Shown here: positions 1 through 8,980 of the stretch, piece by piece
Layout of the letters: every line of letters begins with the position of its first letter
Numbering within the stretch: the stretch's first letter is position 1
Source: Minisyncoccota bacterium
Lineage (GTDB): Bacteria; Patescibacteriota; Minisyncoccia; Phycocordibacterales; UBA9973
Length of the DNA stretch: 64,000 bases
Reading direction: 5' to 3'
Assembly: GCA_035299545.1 (NCBI GenBank)
Contig: DATGWJ010000024.1
Location: 18,150 to 82,149 of the forward strand
Position numbers and translations under genes: made by a program
Notes under the pieces: model-generated
What the model saw: only the letters and a program-made list of their open reading frames with translations
Databases searched by the model: none
What the model was told of the DNA's origin: nothing

Positions 1-306
1 TTTTTTATTAATCCAAGAACCAGTTTCTCCTGTTTTAGAAAAATTATCTACTTTATGAATACCAATAGCTCCGATAACTTTTTTCTCTGATTTTAATTCA
101 ATAAAGAAAAGATAATCATCTTTAACTTTCTGTTTCCATTTTGCTATTTTTCTTCCAATGAAATCAACCGCATCCTTCTTCTTATATGGGTATGGCACCT
201 TTAATAACATTTTTGAAACATCATATTCCCCCACCCCTTCAACAATATCCTTCCAGTCGTCCTTTCTAGGAATTCTTAATATTAATCTTTTAGTTTCTAG
301 TTTCAT
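1..306 (-). CDS. GNAT-family N-acetyltransferase (RimJ/RimL-like), partial; the 3' end runs off the window
   Basis: Reverse-strand translation from ATG at 306 gives MKLETKRLILRIPRKDDW..., the classic GNAT N-terminal 'TxRLxLR' motif. The frame stays open to position 1. Confidence 0.55.
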   Translation of the reverse strand, partial: MKLETKRLILRIPRKDDWKDIVEGVGEYDVSKMLLKVPYPYKKKDAVDFIGRKIAKWKQKVKDDYLFFIELKSEKKVIGAIGIHKVDNFSKTGETGSWINKK

Positions 307-373
307 AATTTTATTATTTATTTCCAATCTTTTATCGTGAGATCTTGCCTAACGATATAAAAAGAAAAAATTA

Positions 374-868
374 TTATTCTCCAGGTTTAAACAACACACC
401 ATCAAAAGGTTCAGGTCCATGTTTTGCGTAATCTTGTTCTGGAGGTAAAAATATGTTTTCTGAATACGCATGTATAGCAGAGGAGACTTCTTTTGTTAAT
501 AATTTATCTAGTTCCCCCACAACAGATTTAACTGCGAATGCATATGAACTAACACCAGGAACCATTTCTGCTGCACCAATAGGGCTGAGGTTTATTTCGT
601 GGACTCTTAATAACATTCTATCTTTTTCAGGAACTCTTTGATCACGAGATAGTTTTTGCACTGCTCTACTAAAAATCATTAAATTTTTGAAAGCTTTTAT
701 AGAAGAATCTCGAACAAGACCTCTGATACTCTCAATGTTTTCTTCTACCAATTTTTTCTCATTTCTTAATGACTGTATGAAGAAATCAGATAATTGTTCG
801 CGAGTTTCTTCAGAAAGCTCTAAATTCTCATTTTTATTATTTAAGTTTTGCGGTAAATTTTCTATCAT
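374..868 (-). CDS. hypothetical protein; ATG at 868 preferred over the TTG at 877 used by the ORF track
   Basis: 164-aa ORF with no recognisable motif. Its start codon is embedded in a 43-bp repeat shared with the AbrB-like gene at 4267. Confidence 0.45.
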   Translation of the reverse strand: MIENLPQNLNNKNENLELSEETREQLSDFFIQSLRNEKKLVEENIESIRGLVRDSSIKAFKNLMIFSRAVQKLSRDQRVPEKDRMLLRVHEINLSPIGAAEMVPGVSSYAFAVKSVVGELDKLLTKEVSSAIHAYSENIFLPPEQDYAKHGPEPFDGVLFKPGE

Positions 869-974
869 ATATAACAAAAGTATAACATAAGTATGACTTT
901 TGGGGAGGATATCATGAGGTCTTACCTAGCAACATATAACAAGACGGTCTTTGTGAATTCCAATGCTTAATAAA

Positions 975-1520
975 TTAAGTAAAAATATCTTCCAAAAGTA
1001 ATCTCAATTTAACTGCTGCCCCCTCTACATCAGTTATTACAGGGTGAAAAGTATAAGAATGCTGAGAACTATCAAGTAATAATTTATAGCTAATAATTTC
1101 TTCGTAGACTCTCTTTTCTTTTAGATAAATCTGAACTTTTCCTAACAATACTTTTGTATCAAAATAATCCCCATCTTGTTTTATTTCATTTTCCTTCCCC
1201 ATCTTTTGAAACTTGCGAACAATACTTAAGGGTAATAGACGTCTAAGTAACAACATTGAACTAAATGGTTTATTTAAGGAAAATGAAAAATTAAACTCCT
1301 TACAAATTTCTCCAACATCTGTGGGTAAGGATTCAATAAGTGAATTAGGGAAAAGGGTTTTCTTGGTAAAATTAGAGTTCAAATCATTATTCTCTTCTCC
1401 AAATAAACTCAAATATTCTTCATATAATTCGTTGAAGCGTGGTTGCAATATTTCTACTCTAAATAATTTATTACTCATAATCCCAATGTCCTCCTGGATT
1501 AATAATTCTAATTGCTCCAA
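975..1520 (-). CDS. hypothetical protein
   Basis: 181-aa ORF in the same orientation as its neighbours. It overlaps the upstream 75-aa ORF by 50 nt, which could mean a real overlap or a frameshifted single gene. Confidence 0.4.
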   Translation of the reverse strand: MEQLELLIQEDIGIMSNKLFRVEILQPRFNELYEEYLSLFGEENNDLNSNFTKKTLFPNSLIESLPTDVGEICKEFNFSFSLNKPFSSMLLLRRLLPLSIVRKFQKMGKENEIKQDGDYFDTKVLLGKVQIYLKEKRVYEEIISYKLLLDSSQHSYTFHPVITDVEGAAVKLRLLLEDIFT

Positions 1521-1698
1521 GTTCTTCTAATTTTTCTAATGCTTTTATTTCATTATCCGCAGTCAAAACACCCGGTCCAAAAAATCCAAAAGTAACCCAA
1601 TATTTAATAGTATCACCTGACAAAATCCTATAAGATTCTTCTTTTAACTTTCGCAATACTTCCCACTGTTCTTTTTTTATTTTATTTTCTAAATTCAT
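1471..1698 (-). CDS. hypothetical small protein
   Basis: 75-aa ORF, first gene of a three-gene minus-strand block. No recognisable motif. Confidence 0.3.
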   Translation of the reverse strand: MNLENKIKKEQWEVLRKLKEESYRILSGDTIKYWVTFGFFGPGVLTADNEIKALEKLEELGAIRIINPGGHWDYE

Positions 1699-1836
1699 AT
1701 TTTAATATTTCTTAAATCAAAATTTCACTCAACATTGCTGCGATGTATGGTCTGGTATGTACCAGGTCAGATGTCATAAAGGTATTCTACCACTATTTCT
1801 GATTACTCTGTGACCCGTTAGGTAATCTAGTGATTG

Positions 1837-1968
1837 TTATTTTCTAAAAATAAAGTACGCAATAACTGTACCCAATAATACAACTAGGCCAAACACCCAA
1901 TTACCTGTAGACAACCAAGCTATAATACTACCTATTATTGTTATAAAAACCCAAAAATATTTTCTCAT
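1837..1968 (-). CDS. small hydrophobic membrane peptide (43 aa)
   Basis: Manual translation gives MRKYFWVFITIIGSIIAWLSTGNWVFGLVVLLGTVIAYFIFRK. Its ATG overlaps the TGA stop of the upstream gene as ATGA, which suggests translational coupling. Confidence 0.35.
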   Translation of the reverse strand: MRKYFWVFITIIGSIIAWLSTGNWVFGLVVLLGTVIAYFIFRK

Positions 1969-2324
1969 AATGAAAGTATTACAAAAGCAATAATTACTAC
2001 AGGTACAGCAAGAAATATTACATTATTTATTATTTTTAATTTTCTAACTCTTTTATCGGCATCTAATTCAATATCACCTTTAATAAAATATTTAAAAGTA
2101 AGATTTGCTTTTTCAAATTTAGAAACATCATTAGAAATCATTGTTTGAAAGCCAGGTTCACCAATATCTACCCATTTTTGATAGTGATATTTTTTAATTC
2201 TTTTATATAAAAAACCTTGTGCAGTCCAAGATAAAATACACGAAGATATGACAAGAGCAGTCCAGATATAACTAGTTGAAGATTCCATACTGTGAATTAT
2301 AGCATTTTTTCTAAGCTCAAACAC
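1965..2324 (-). CDS. membrane protein, hypothetical
   Basis: 119 aa with two predicted TM segments (N-terminal and C-terminal). Confidence 0.45.
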   Translation of the reverse strand: MFELRKNAIIHSMESSTSYIWTALVISSCILSWTAQGFLYKRIKKYHYQKWVDIGEPGFQTMISNDVSKFEKANLTFKYFIKGDIELDADKRVRKLKIINNVIFLAVPVVIIAFVILSL

Positions 2325-2344
2325 TTACCTGACTAGGTCGCTAT

Positions 2345-3295
2345 TTATTTAAAATACTTATTAAAATCAGGTCCCACATTAACCATATCAGCTAAAACGG
2401 GGTATGTTTTGCCATCAAATAGTAAAAGTCCCCAGCCTTGATTTAGAGATTTTTTATCCAACATGATTTCATCCCCAAACTCGGCGTTATCTCTCTTTAG
2501 GTTTATATATCTTTTATTTGTATAGACAGTTTTAATATTATTTTTTTCTAAAAATTCTCCAGCAACCGATTGGTAGTACATAGTATCATCGGCTCCTACA
2601 TAAAACCCTTCTTCATCATTCTTTTTCATTTCTTCTATTTCTGTGTCACTGGGCGAAAAAAATACTGCGACCTTGCCTTCTGCGGTGAAAATATCATTAG
2701 TATTTATATCCTTTATCTCATATTTATTATCCAAAAGAGTTCCTTTATCTATAGTCATAGTATCTTGATATAAAGAAAAAGGGTCGCCATAATGAAGAAA
2801 TTGAAAAGTTAAAATAGTTTTTGACCCAATCTTTTTTGTCTGCTCAAGAACTAAATCATGGCCGTCCTGTATATATGCCTCATTTTCAAACATTACTCCA
2901 TAACCCATCAGCCGATCATGTGCTAATTGCGCATCATCATTTGAGTCACATTGTTTGTTTAGTATTTCAATTTTACTTAAACTAAGATCTTTATGGGTAT
3001 TTAATATAGAAATTGAAACTGAACTATTTGTATTTTCATATTTTATCTTTGGCTCTAAAGTCACAGGAAATACATAAATTTTATCACCCAGACAATCAGA
3101 AAAAATGTAGGAATCATTGTATTTTACAAGGTAGCCCTCATGGGTTTCTTCGTCTCTTTCTTCATTTTGGCTTACCATATTCGAATTATAGTCAGACGAC
3201 TTGATTTCATTATTTTTGTTTCTTAAAATAAAAAAACTAACAATGGCTAGCAGAGATAACAATATAAAGACTGATTTCGTTAGGTTTTTGCTCAT
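2345..3295 (-). CDS. secreted hypothetical protein
   Basis: 316 aa with an N-terminal signal/anchor (MSKNLTKSVFILLSLLAIVSFFIL) and no recognisable catalytic motif. Confidence 0.5.
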   Translation of the reverse strand: MSKNLTKSVFILLSLLAIVSFFILRNKNNEIKSSDYNSNMVSQNEERDEETHEGYLVKYNDSYIFSDCLGDKIYVFPVTLEPKIKYENTNSSVSISILNTHKDLSLSKIEILNKQCDSNDDAQLAHDRLMGYGVMFENEAYIQDGHDLVLEQTKKIGSKTILTFQFLHYGDPFSLYQDTMTIDKGTLLDNKYEIKDINTNDIFTAEGKVAVFFSPSDTEIEEMKKNDEEGFYVGADDTMYYQSVAGEFLEKNNIKTVYTNKRYINLKRDNAEFGDEIMLDKKSLNQGWGLLLFDGKTYPVLADMVNVGPDFNKYFK

Positions 3296-3358
3296 AGATT
3301 CATTGTAACTATTAATACTGATATAATTTCTATAATTATTTTTACCAGATTATCATTT

Positions 3359-4090
3359 TTAGGACATAATTATTAGCCCTATCGTTGTTAATACTATTAA
3401 TATAATAAACAATACGGCAGAAATCCACGCAGAGATAACAAAAACTTTTCTATATTTTTGCTTAGTTGAAGAAACTTCATTATTATTCTTAAGATATTTT
3501 ATAGCTATAAATGAGTGTATAGATAACCATAATATTACAAGTGACCAGTAAATATTACTCCCCATACCATTACCATTTATTTTATTAGAAACTGTCGCAA
3601 TCACATCCGTAATACCTATAATCATAACAACAACAGATGTCCATGTATTTCTTTTTATTGCTAACATAGATCCAAAAAATATTGAGATTAGACCATCAAA
3701 CCAACTGTATTGCATTTGGATAATTAAAAAAGAAAGAATTAATAGTATGATACCGATAATTAGAAACGTCCAAGATGTTTCATTTATTACTTTATTTGCA
3801 TGTTCAACTGAATCAATATCTAAGCTCCAAAATTTATTTTTAATTTTAAGCTCTTCAGTATTAATTTCTTTCTCAGAATACCCTTGTAATCCAAGTTTTT
3901 TATTTAAATATTTTCCAAGCCGATAAAAAACAAAACCAAGTAATAAATATGCAACTAGTATGTATACAAGGGGTATATTAAAATAATTATCAAGATAAGA
4001 ATATACTACAAGACCTAATATTGGCGAAAATACAAGCCAAACCAATATTAGTGTCCCAGACACTACACTAAAATTTATTTCTTTTTTCAT
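3359..4090 (-). CDS. polytopic membrane protein, hypothetical
   Basis: 243 aa with at least six hydrophobic helices. It lies directly downstream of the AbrB-like gene. Confidence 0.5.
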   Translation of the reverse strand: MKKEINFSVVSGTLILVWLVFSPILGLVVYSYLDNYFNIPLVYILVAYLLLGFVFYRLGKYLNKKLGLQGYSEKEINTEELKIKNKFWSLDIDSVEHANKVINETSWTFLIIGIILLILSFLIIQMQYSWFDGLISIFFGSMLAIKRNTWTSVVVMIIGITDVIATVSNKINGNGMGSNIYWSLVILWLSIHSFIAIKYLKNNNEVSSTKQKYRKVFVISAWISAVLFIILIVLTTIGLIIMS

Positions 4091-4111
4091 ATAGATATTA
4101 TATCAGAATTT

Positions 4112-4267
4112 TTATTTCCAATCTTTTATCTCAATCTTTTTGCCTGCGGTTTTAGTAATCACGACTTTTTGCTTTTCTTTCCAACCCAATTCCCTCACTA
4201 CTTCTATTGGTAAAGTTACAAAATAAGACCCACCTGCTTTTTGAATGTTTCTTATATTAGTTTTCAT
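4112..4267 (-). CDS. AbrB/MazE/SpoVT-family swapped-hairpin DNA-binding protein (antitoxin-like regulator), 51 aa
   Basis: Manual translation gives MKTNIRNIQKAGGSYFVTLPIEVVRELGWKEKQKVVITKTAGKKIEIKDWK. The 'KAGGS.FVTLPKEV...LG...GD.V' pattern is typical of the AbrB/MazE fold. The gene is not in the ORF track because it is under 60 aa. Confidence 0.5.
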   Translation of the reverse strand: MKTNIRNIQKAGGSYFVTLPIEVVRELGWKEKQKVVITKTAGKKIEIKDWK

Positions 4268-4311
4268 ATATAACAAAAGTATAACATAAGTATAACTTTT
4301 GGGGAGGGTTC

Positions 4312-4734
4312 TTAATCTCTTTCCTCTCCTATATCTAAGCTATACATTTTAAAATCTTTTGTAATTTCATCATTGCTACCCAAATCTTTTCTAATAGCAA
4401 TAATCATATTTCGAAGTTTTGTAACCTGATTATCTTGATTTGTAGCAGATACTCCACCTGTATGAATAAAATCTTCTATTTCTCTTCGTACATCTTTATC
4501 AGCAAATAGTATAACCTCATTGTAGTATTTCTGTAAAAATTCTTTTTTTACTTTTCTTCTTTCTTCTTTTGATAAATTAGGATCATCTAAAAACGCTCTT
4601 GCATTATCTAAAAGTGAAGTATAAATTTTCATTTTTATAGCTCTTTTTTCTTGATCTCTAGTAAGTAAATAATTAAAAATACTTACTACCGCAGCTGAAG
4701 TAATTGCTATAATTATACTTTGCAAAAAATTCAT
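4312..4734 (-). CDS. hypothetical protein with N-terminal TM helix
   Basis: 140-aa ORF with a charged, coiled-coil-like body. Confidence 0.4.
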   Translation of the reverse strand: MNFLQSIIIAITSAAVVSIFNYLLTRDQEKRAIKMKIYTSLLDNARAFLDDPNLSKEERRKVKKEFLQKYYNEVILFADKDVRREIEDFIHTGGVSATNQDNQVTKLRNMIIAIRKDLGSNDEITKDFKMYSLDIGEERD

Positions 4735-4917
4735 AAATTATATATGTTATATAATAAAACTTTAAATTTTTCTCAAACTGGCTGGCCGTCTCGAGTTAGA
4801 ACCTTTTAATTCATTACCCTTTAAAACTATTTAAACTACTTTTATTATATTAAACGACGTATCTCGAGCATTTTAATATTTTTTACATTAACACATTGAC
4901 ATGATTTGAACACGTTA

Positions 4918-5469
4918 CTAAATTATTATATACTCTTTTAATTTTTTTAATATTTTACGCATGGCACTTATATTGTAGTCTTGATCATAGAATTGATATA
5001 TTTCAGTATTTGAATCATTGTCAATAATAAGCTGTCTAGTGTAAAATTGCTGTTTCCTCATTTCTTTGCTAATTGGGATAGGATTGGGGCCACTATTTTC
5101 AAAACAATTCTTATCAATAATACTAATTTCTTTTCCTTGTTCTTTTAATAAAACTAGTCCATCTAATCTTTCATCAAAATGTTCTAGATGATCTCTTGGA
5201 TTGTTTTTCAAAATATTAATGTCCATATCTTTATAATTACAGAAATATTCCTTAAGTGCTTTTTTACGTCTTTTTCTTATTTCTACAGTTTCATTGGTAT
5301 CATATTGAGTCTTAGAGGTATTAGGTAAAATTAATTTACATATATTAGATACATGTACCAAAAAATGATGATAATTACTATATTTTTCAGACCCCTTTAA
5401 TGATCTTTCTGCCCCGTCTATTTCCATGGAGATTTGATTAATATACAATTTTAGATGTTCCTTATTCAT
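4918..5469 (-). CDS. hypothetical protein
   Basis: 183-aa ORF with no recognisable motif. Confidence 0.4.
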   Translation of the reverse strand: MNKEHLKLYINQISMEIDGAERSLKGSEKYSNYHHFLVHVSNICKLILPNTSKTQYDTNETVEIRKRRKKALKEYFCNYKDMDINILKNNPRDHLEHFDERLDGLVLLKEQGKEISIIDKNCFENSGPNPIPISKEMRKQQFYTRQLIIDNDSNTEIYQFYDQDYNISAMRKILKKLKEYIII

Positions 5470-5517
5470 TTGATTTAATTATAATGAAACTCGTGCGCGA
5501 TAACTTGTCACGACTTT

Positions 5518-5589
5518 GCTGCGGGACTTGGATTCGAACCAAGATACACAGTTCCAGAAACTGTAGTCCTACCATTAGACGATCCCGCA
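5518..5589 (-). tRNA. tRNA-Gln (anticodon CTG)
   Basis: Minus-strand cloverleaf: acceptor TGCGGGA/TCCCGCA, anticodon loop UUCUGGA, T-arm GGTTCGAATCC. Confidence 0.75.
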
Positions 5590-5691
5590 ATATTATTTAA
5601 TTGGCTCATATTGGGAATGCATCATCCCGCAAAACCTTTTAACAAGCACATAGTACCACAAAATAGCAAAAAAGACAGGTCGGCAAATAAA

Positions 5692-5722
5692 AAATCGGCG
5701 TTGGGGCAACGCCGATTTTATT
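5692..5722. terminator. bidirectional rho-independent terminator hairpin
   Basis: AAAATCGGCGTTGGGGCAACGCCGATTTT is a perfect stem with flanking A/T runs. Confidence 0.6.
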
Positions 5723-5729
5723 GTTACTT

Positions 5730-6347
5730 TTACTGTTTTCCACTACCATGACAATGCCAACATTTACCACTTCCTCCGCAAGCAGAGCATGTCCCGGATT
5801 GGCCATACATTGAGTACCTCCCTGTACCTCCGCAAACCTTACATGAGCCACTACCATAGCAGGTATAGCATACAGTATTACTACTGTTTGAATTACTATA
5901 ACTACCGCCATTGTTGTAGTTATTATAATTATTATACCCGCCGCCACTGTAACCACTGGTTATATTTAAATAGTTACTATAAAACTGGTCTTCCGATGAC
6001 CCGCATTTGGCATAGACAGATCTCCCCTGCTTATTAACCAAAACCATTCTGTCCTGGTTCATCCACAAGATTTTAGCCCGCGCAACTTCATTCCCCAATT
6101 TTACTTCAAGGATATCGCCATACAATTCATACGTACCGGAATAACTGACAGGCAAAATTAAAGATTGCAGGTCACCAGAGGTGAAAACCACTTCATTCTG
6201 GCTGTTGAATGAGAGCATAATGGACTGAGAAAATTTCTGCGGATTTTGTAGTTGCCACGTGTATCCGACAAGGGATTGGGCATTTGCATTAAAGAAAAAT
6301 ACTAACCCCGCAAGGATTAGTAACATGGTCTTTGCAATGTTTTTCAT
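5730..6347 (-). CDS. secreted protein with C-terminal DnaJ-type (4x CxxCxGxG) zinc-finger and a G/N/Y-rich linker
   Basis: Signal peptide MKNIAKTMLLILAGLVFFFNANA. The C-terminus reads CYTCYGSG..CKVCGGTG..CSACGGSG..CWHCHGSG, which is four CxxCxGxG repeats. Confidence 0.55.
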   Translation of the reverse strand: MKNIAKTMLLILAGLVFFFNANAQSLVGYTWQLQNPQKFSQSIMLSFNSQNEVVFTSGDLQSLILPVSYSGTYELYGDILEVKLGNEVARAKILWMNQDRMVLVNKQGRSVYAKCGSSEDQFYSNYLNITSGYSGGGYNNYNNYNNGGSYSNSNSSNTVCYTCYGSGSCKVCGGTGRYSMYGQSGTCSACGGSGKCWHCHGSGKQ

Positions 6348-6463
6348 GATTAGTTTTTATTAAGGTTCAAATTAATTAATCGTAATATAATATAATTAAG
6401 TTATTCAGTCAAGATAATAAACCATCTTTTAAATTAATCAAAATTAAGTTACAATAACCCAAT

Positions 6464-7144
6464 ATGGACATACAAAAAGAAGAAGAACACAAAGAACTAT
6501 CAGTAGAAGAAGTAAAATTTAAGATGATTCAAGACGAGTTCTATAAAGGGATAGACGCCGTAAGTAAATTCAACCCTTCCGTCACCTTTTATGGCTCCAC
6601 TCATTTGGATGAGAAAAGTGAATACTACCAGAAAGTTAAGCACCTGGCTTACAGAATAGCGAAAGAGCTCGGCTACGCCGTGCTTTCGGGAGGAGGTCCC
6701 GGCATAATGGAAGCAGCAAACAAGGGAGCATACGAAGCCGGAGGCAAGTCCGTCGGGCTCACAATCAAGCTTCCAGAAGAGCAACTCTCAAACAAATACC
6801 TTACAAACGAAATTCCATTCCATTATTTCTTCACAAGGCAATCATCGATGTCGTTCTCTACTGAGGTCTGTATTTTCTGCCCTGGAGGTTACGGCACACT
6901 GAACGAACTTTTCGAAATTCTTACATTAGAACAAACCAATAAAATAGGCAGAATTCCTGTAATTCTTTTCTGTTCTGAATTCTGGAAACCATTAGAAAAA
7001 TTAACTAACGAAATCCTCTTAGAAAGATTTCATACTATCGCCAAAGAAGATACACAAATATACACCATAATGGACGACGAGGATGAAATACTTAATATGA
7101 TTAAGAACAGTAAGATGCGTTACGGGGATGATTCTTTAATCTAA
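6464..7144 (+). CDS. LOG-family (TIGR00730) nucleotide 5'-monophosphate nucleosidase / Rossmann-fold protein
   Basis: Motifs GGGPGIMEAANKGA and PGGYGTLNELFE match the LOG / lysine-decarboxylase-like family. Confidence 0.8.
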   Translation: MDIQKEEEHKELSVEEVKFKMIQDEFYKGIDAVSKFNPSVTFYGSTHLDEKSEYYQKVKHLAYRIAKELGYAVLSGGGPGIMEAANKGAYEAGGKSVGLTIKLPEEQLSNKYLTNEIPFHYFFTRQSSMSFSTEVCIFCPGGYGTLNELFEILTLEQTNKIGRIPVILFCSEFWKPLEKLTNEILLERFHTIAKEDTQIYTIMDDEDEILNMIKNSKMRYGDDSLI

Positions 7145-7150
7145 ATAGAA

Positions 7151-7198
7151 AACAAAAAACAAGGACTTACCTCGGGCTCATTTGAGGAAAGACCTTGT
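7151..7198 (+). terminator. rho-independent terminator
   Basis: AAACAAGGACTTACCTCGGGCTCATTTGAGGAAAGACCTTGTTTTTTG forms a hairpin followed by a T-run. Confidence 0.55.
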
Positions 7199-7224
7199 TT
7201 TTTGTTTAGGAAAACACTTGTGTT

Positions 7225-8901
7225 TTATTTATTCTTATATTTTATGCAGGCCTTGATGAATGCAGTAAAGAGAGGATGAGGGTCTAGAGGTCTTGCTTTA
7301 AATTCTGGATGGAACTGTGTGCCTAGGAAGAAAGGATGGTCTTTCGGTGATAGCTCGGCAATCTCACAGAGCTTGCCATCTGGTGATGTGCCAGAGAATA
7401 TTAACCCTGCTTTTTCTAATATTTCTTTATATTCATTATTCACTTCGTAGCGATGGCGATGACGCTCAGAGATTACTTCCTTCTTGTATGCTTCAAATGC
7501 AACACTTCCCTTTGCGAGAACTGCTGGGTAGGCACCTAATCGCATACTTCCCCCCATATTCTTGCATTCAATTTTCTCTTTCTGGTCTTCCATTACATCA
7601 ATCACAAGATTTTTTGATTTTGGATTTATTTCTCTTGTATTTGCATCTTTGAGTCCAAGCACATTGCGAGCATACTCGATAACCATCAACTGCATTCCGT
7701 AGCACAATCCGAAATATGGAATCTTCTCACGTCGAGCATAACCGATTGCAGAAATTATCCCTTCTATACCTGTCTCTCCGAAGCCACCAGGAACGATAAC
7801 TCCATCGAATTTCTTTAGCATTGATAACGGAAGTTTTTTAGACTCGAAATCTTTCGAATTCACGCAAGCAATCTCGATGCCTACACCGGATTCATAAGAA
7901 GAGAATTTCAATGCTTCAAGAATAGAAATATAAACATCAGACAGAACGAAATCTCCAGAGTCAAAATATTTCCCTACTACAGCAATCTTCACTTTGTGTT
8001 CGCCATTCTTTGTCTTGGTTACAAATTTCTTCCACTTAGTGAGGTTGGCTGGGCTCTTTGGTAAGCCGAGAACTTTCTCTATTGTTTCTCCTATTTTATC
8101 CTTTTCAAAATTAAGAGGAATATCGTAGATACTCTTCACATCTGGAGCAGAGATAACATTATCTTCAGGCACATTACAGAACAATGCGATTTTCTCTTTG
8201 CGTTTCTTGTCGAGAGCAATAGGACCACGTGCAACTATAATATCGGCTTGGACTCCCGCAGAGTTCAAAGTTCTGGAAGCATACTGAGTCGGCTTTGTTT
8301 TCATCTCACCTAAGTTTGAAGGTACAGGAAGATATGACACAAGCACGAACGCCACATCTTGCGGATTCTGTGATTTCAACATACGAGCAGCTTCTAGGAA
8401 AAGAACGTTCTGGTATTCACCAACAGTTCCTCCAATCTCGATAATTGTAATATCTGCATCAGCAAACTTTGCCGCACCTTTGATTCTGCTGATGATTTCA
8501 AGTGGGACATCGGGCACAACTTCTACGTTCTTACCTTTGTATTCCAAATTTCTTTCTTTGTTTATAACTTGCTGGTAAACTCTACCAGTCGTCATATAGT
8601 TACGCTCTGTAAGAGTAGTATTCAAAAATCTCTCGTAATTACCCATATCCTGGTCGCACTCGTAACCGTCATCCAATACGAAAACTTCCCCGTGCTCTGT
8701 AGGGTTCATAGTACCTGCATCTATGTTTACATATGGGTCTATTTTTATAGAAGTGACAGTATACCCTCTTGCCTCCATAAGAAGACCAATGGATGATGAA
8801 GCGACTCCTTTCCCGACACCTGATATAACTCCTCCGACTACGAAAATATATTTAGATTTAAGTAGACCTTTCTCTACACTTTTCTTTGATGGTTTTTTCA
8901 T
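7225..8901 (-). CDS. pyrG: CTP synthase
   Basis: N-terminus IFVVGGVISGVGKGVASSSIG and the glutamine amidotransferase motifs GLCYGMQ and HPEF are present. Confidence 0.95.
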   Translation of the reverse strand: MKKPSKKSVEKGLLKSKYIFVVGGVISGVGKGVASSSIGLLMEARGYTVTSIKIDPYVNIDAGTMNPTEHGEVFVLDDGYECDQDMGNYERFLNTTLTERNYMTTGRVYQQVINKERNLEYKGKNVEVVPDVPLEIISRIKGAAKFADADITIIEIGGTVGEYQNVLFLEAARMLKSQNPQDVAFVLVSYLPVPSNLGEMKTKPTQYASRTLNSAGVQADIIVARGPIALDKKRKEKIALFCNVPEDNVISAPDVKSIYDIPLNFEKDKIGETIEKVLGLPKSPANLTKWKKFVTKTKNGEHKVKIAVVGKYFDSGDFVLSDVYISILEALKFSSYESGVGIEIACVNSKDFESKKLPLSMLKKFDGVIVPGGFGETGIEGIISAIGYARREKIPYFGLCYGMQLMVIEYARNVLGLKDANTREINPKSKNLVIDVMEDQKEKIECKNMGGSMRLGAYPAVLAKGSVAFEAYKKEVISERHRHRYEVNNEYKEILEKAGLIFSGTSPDGKLCEIAELSPKDHPFFLGTQFHPEFKARPLDPHPLFTAFIKACIKYKNK

Positions 8902-8975
8902 CCCGGTACTAAAAATTTTAATTAATAATATTATCTTTACTCCCCCGTAATCTAAATTTTAGTACGGGACAAGTA
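8902..8975. repeat. ~75-bp palindromic intergenic cassette, copy A, abutting the pyrG start codon
   Basis: About 90% identical to 18507..18580. Arms CCCGGTACTAAAAATTT / AAATTTTAGTACGGG flank a ~40-nt core that contains GGGGGAG. Confidence 0.7.
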
Positions 8976-8980
8976 AGTCA

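Noticed and set aside
5639-5956. 105-aa ORF on the minus strand
   Set aside because: It lies entirely inside, and out of frame with, the 205-aa secreted protein gene. The repetitive TAT/AAT/GGT codon run generates long spurious ORFs in other frames (the same applies to 5789..6037 +).
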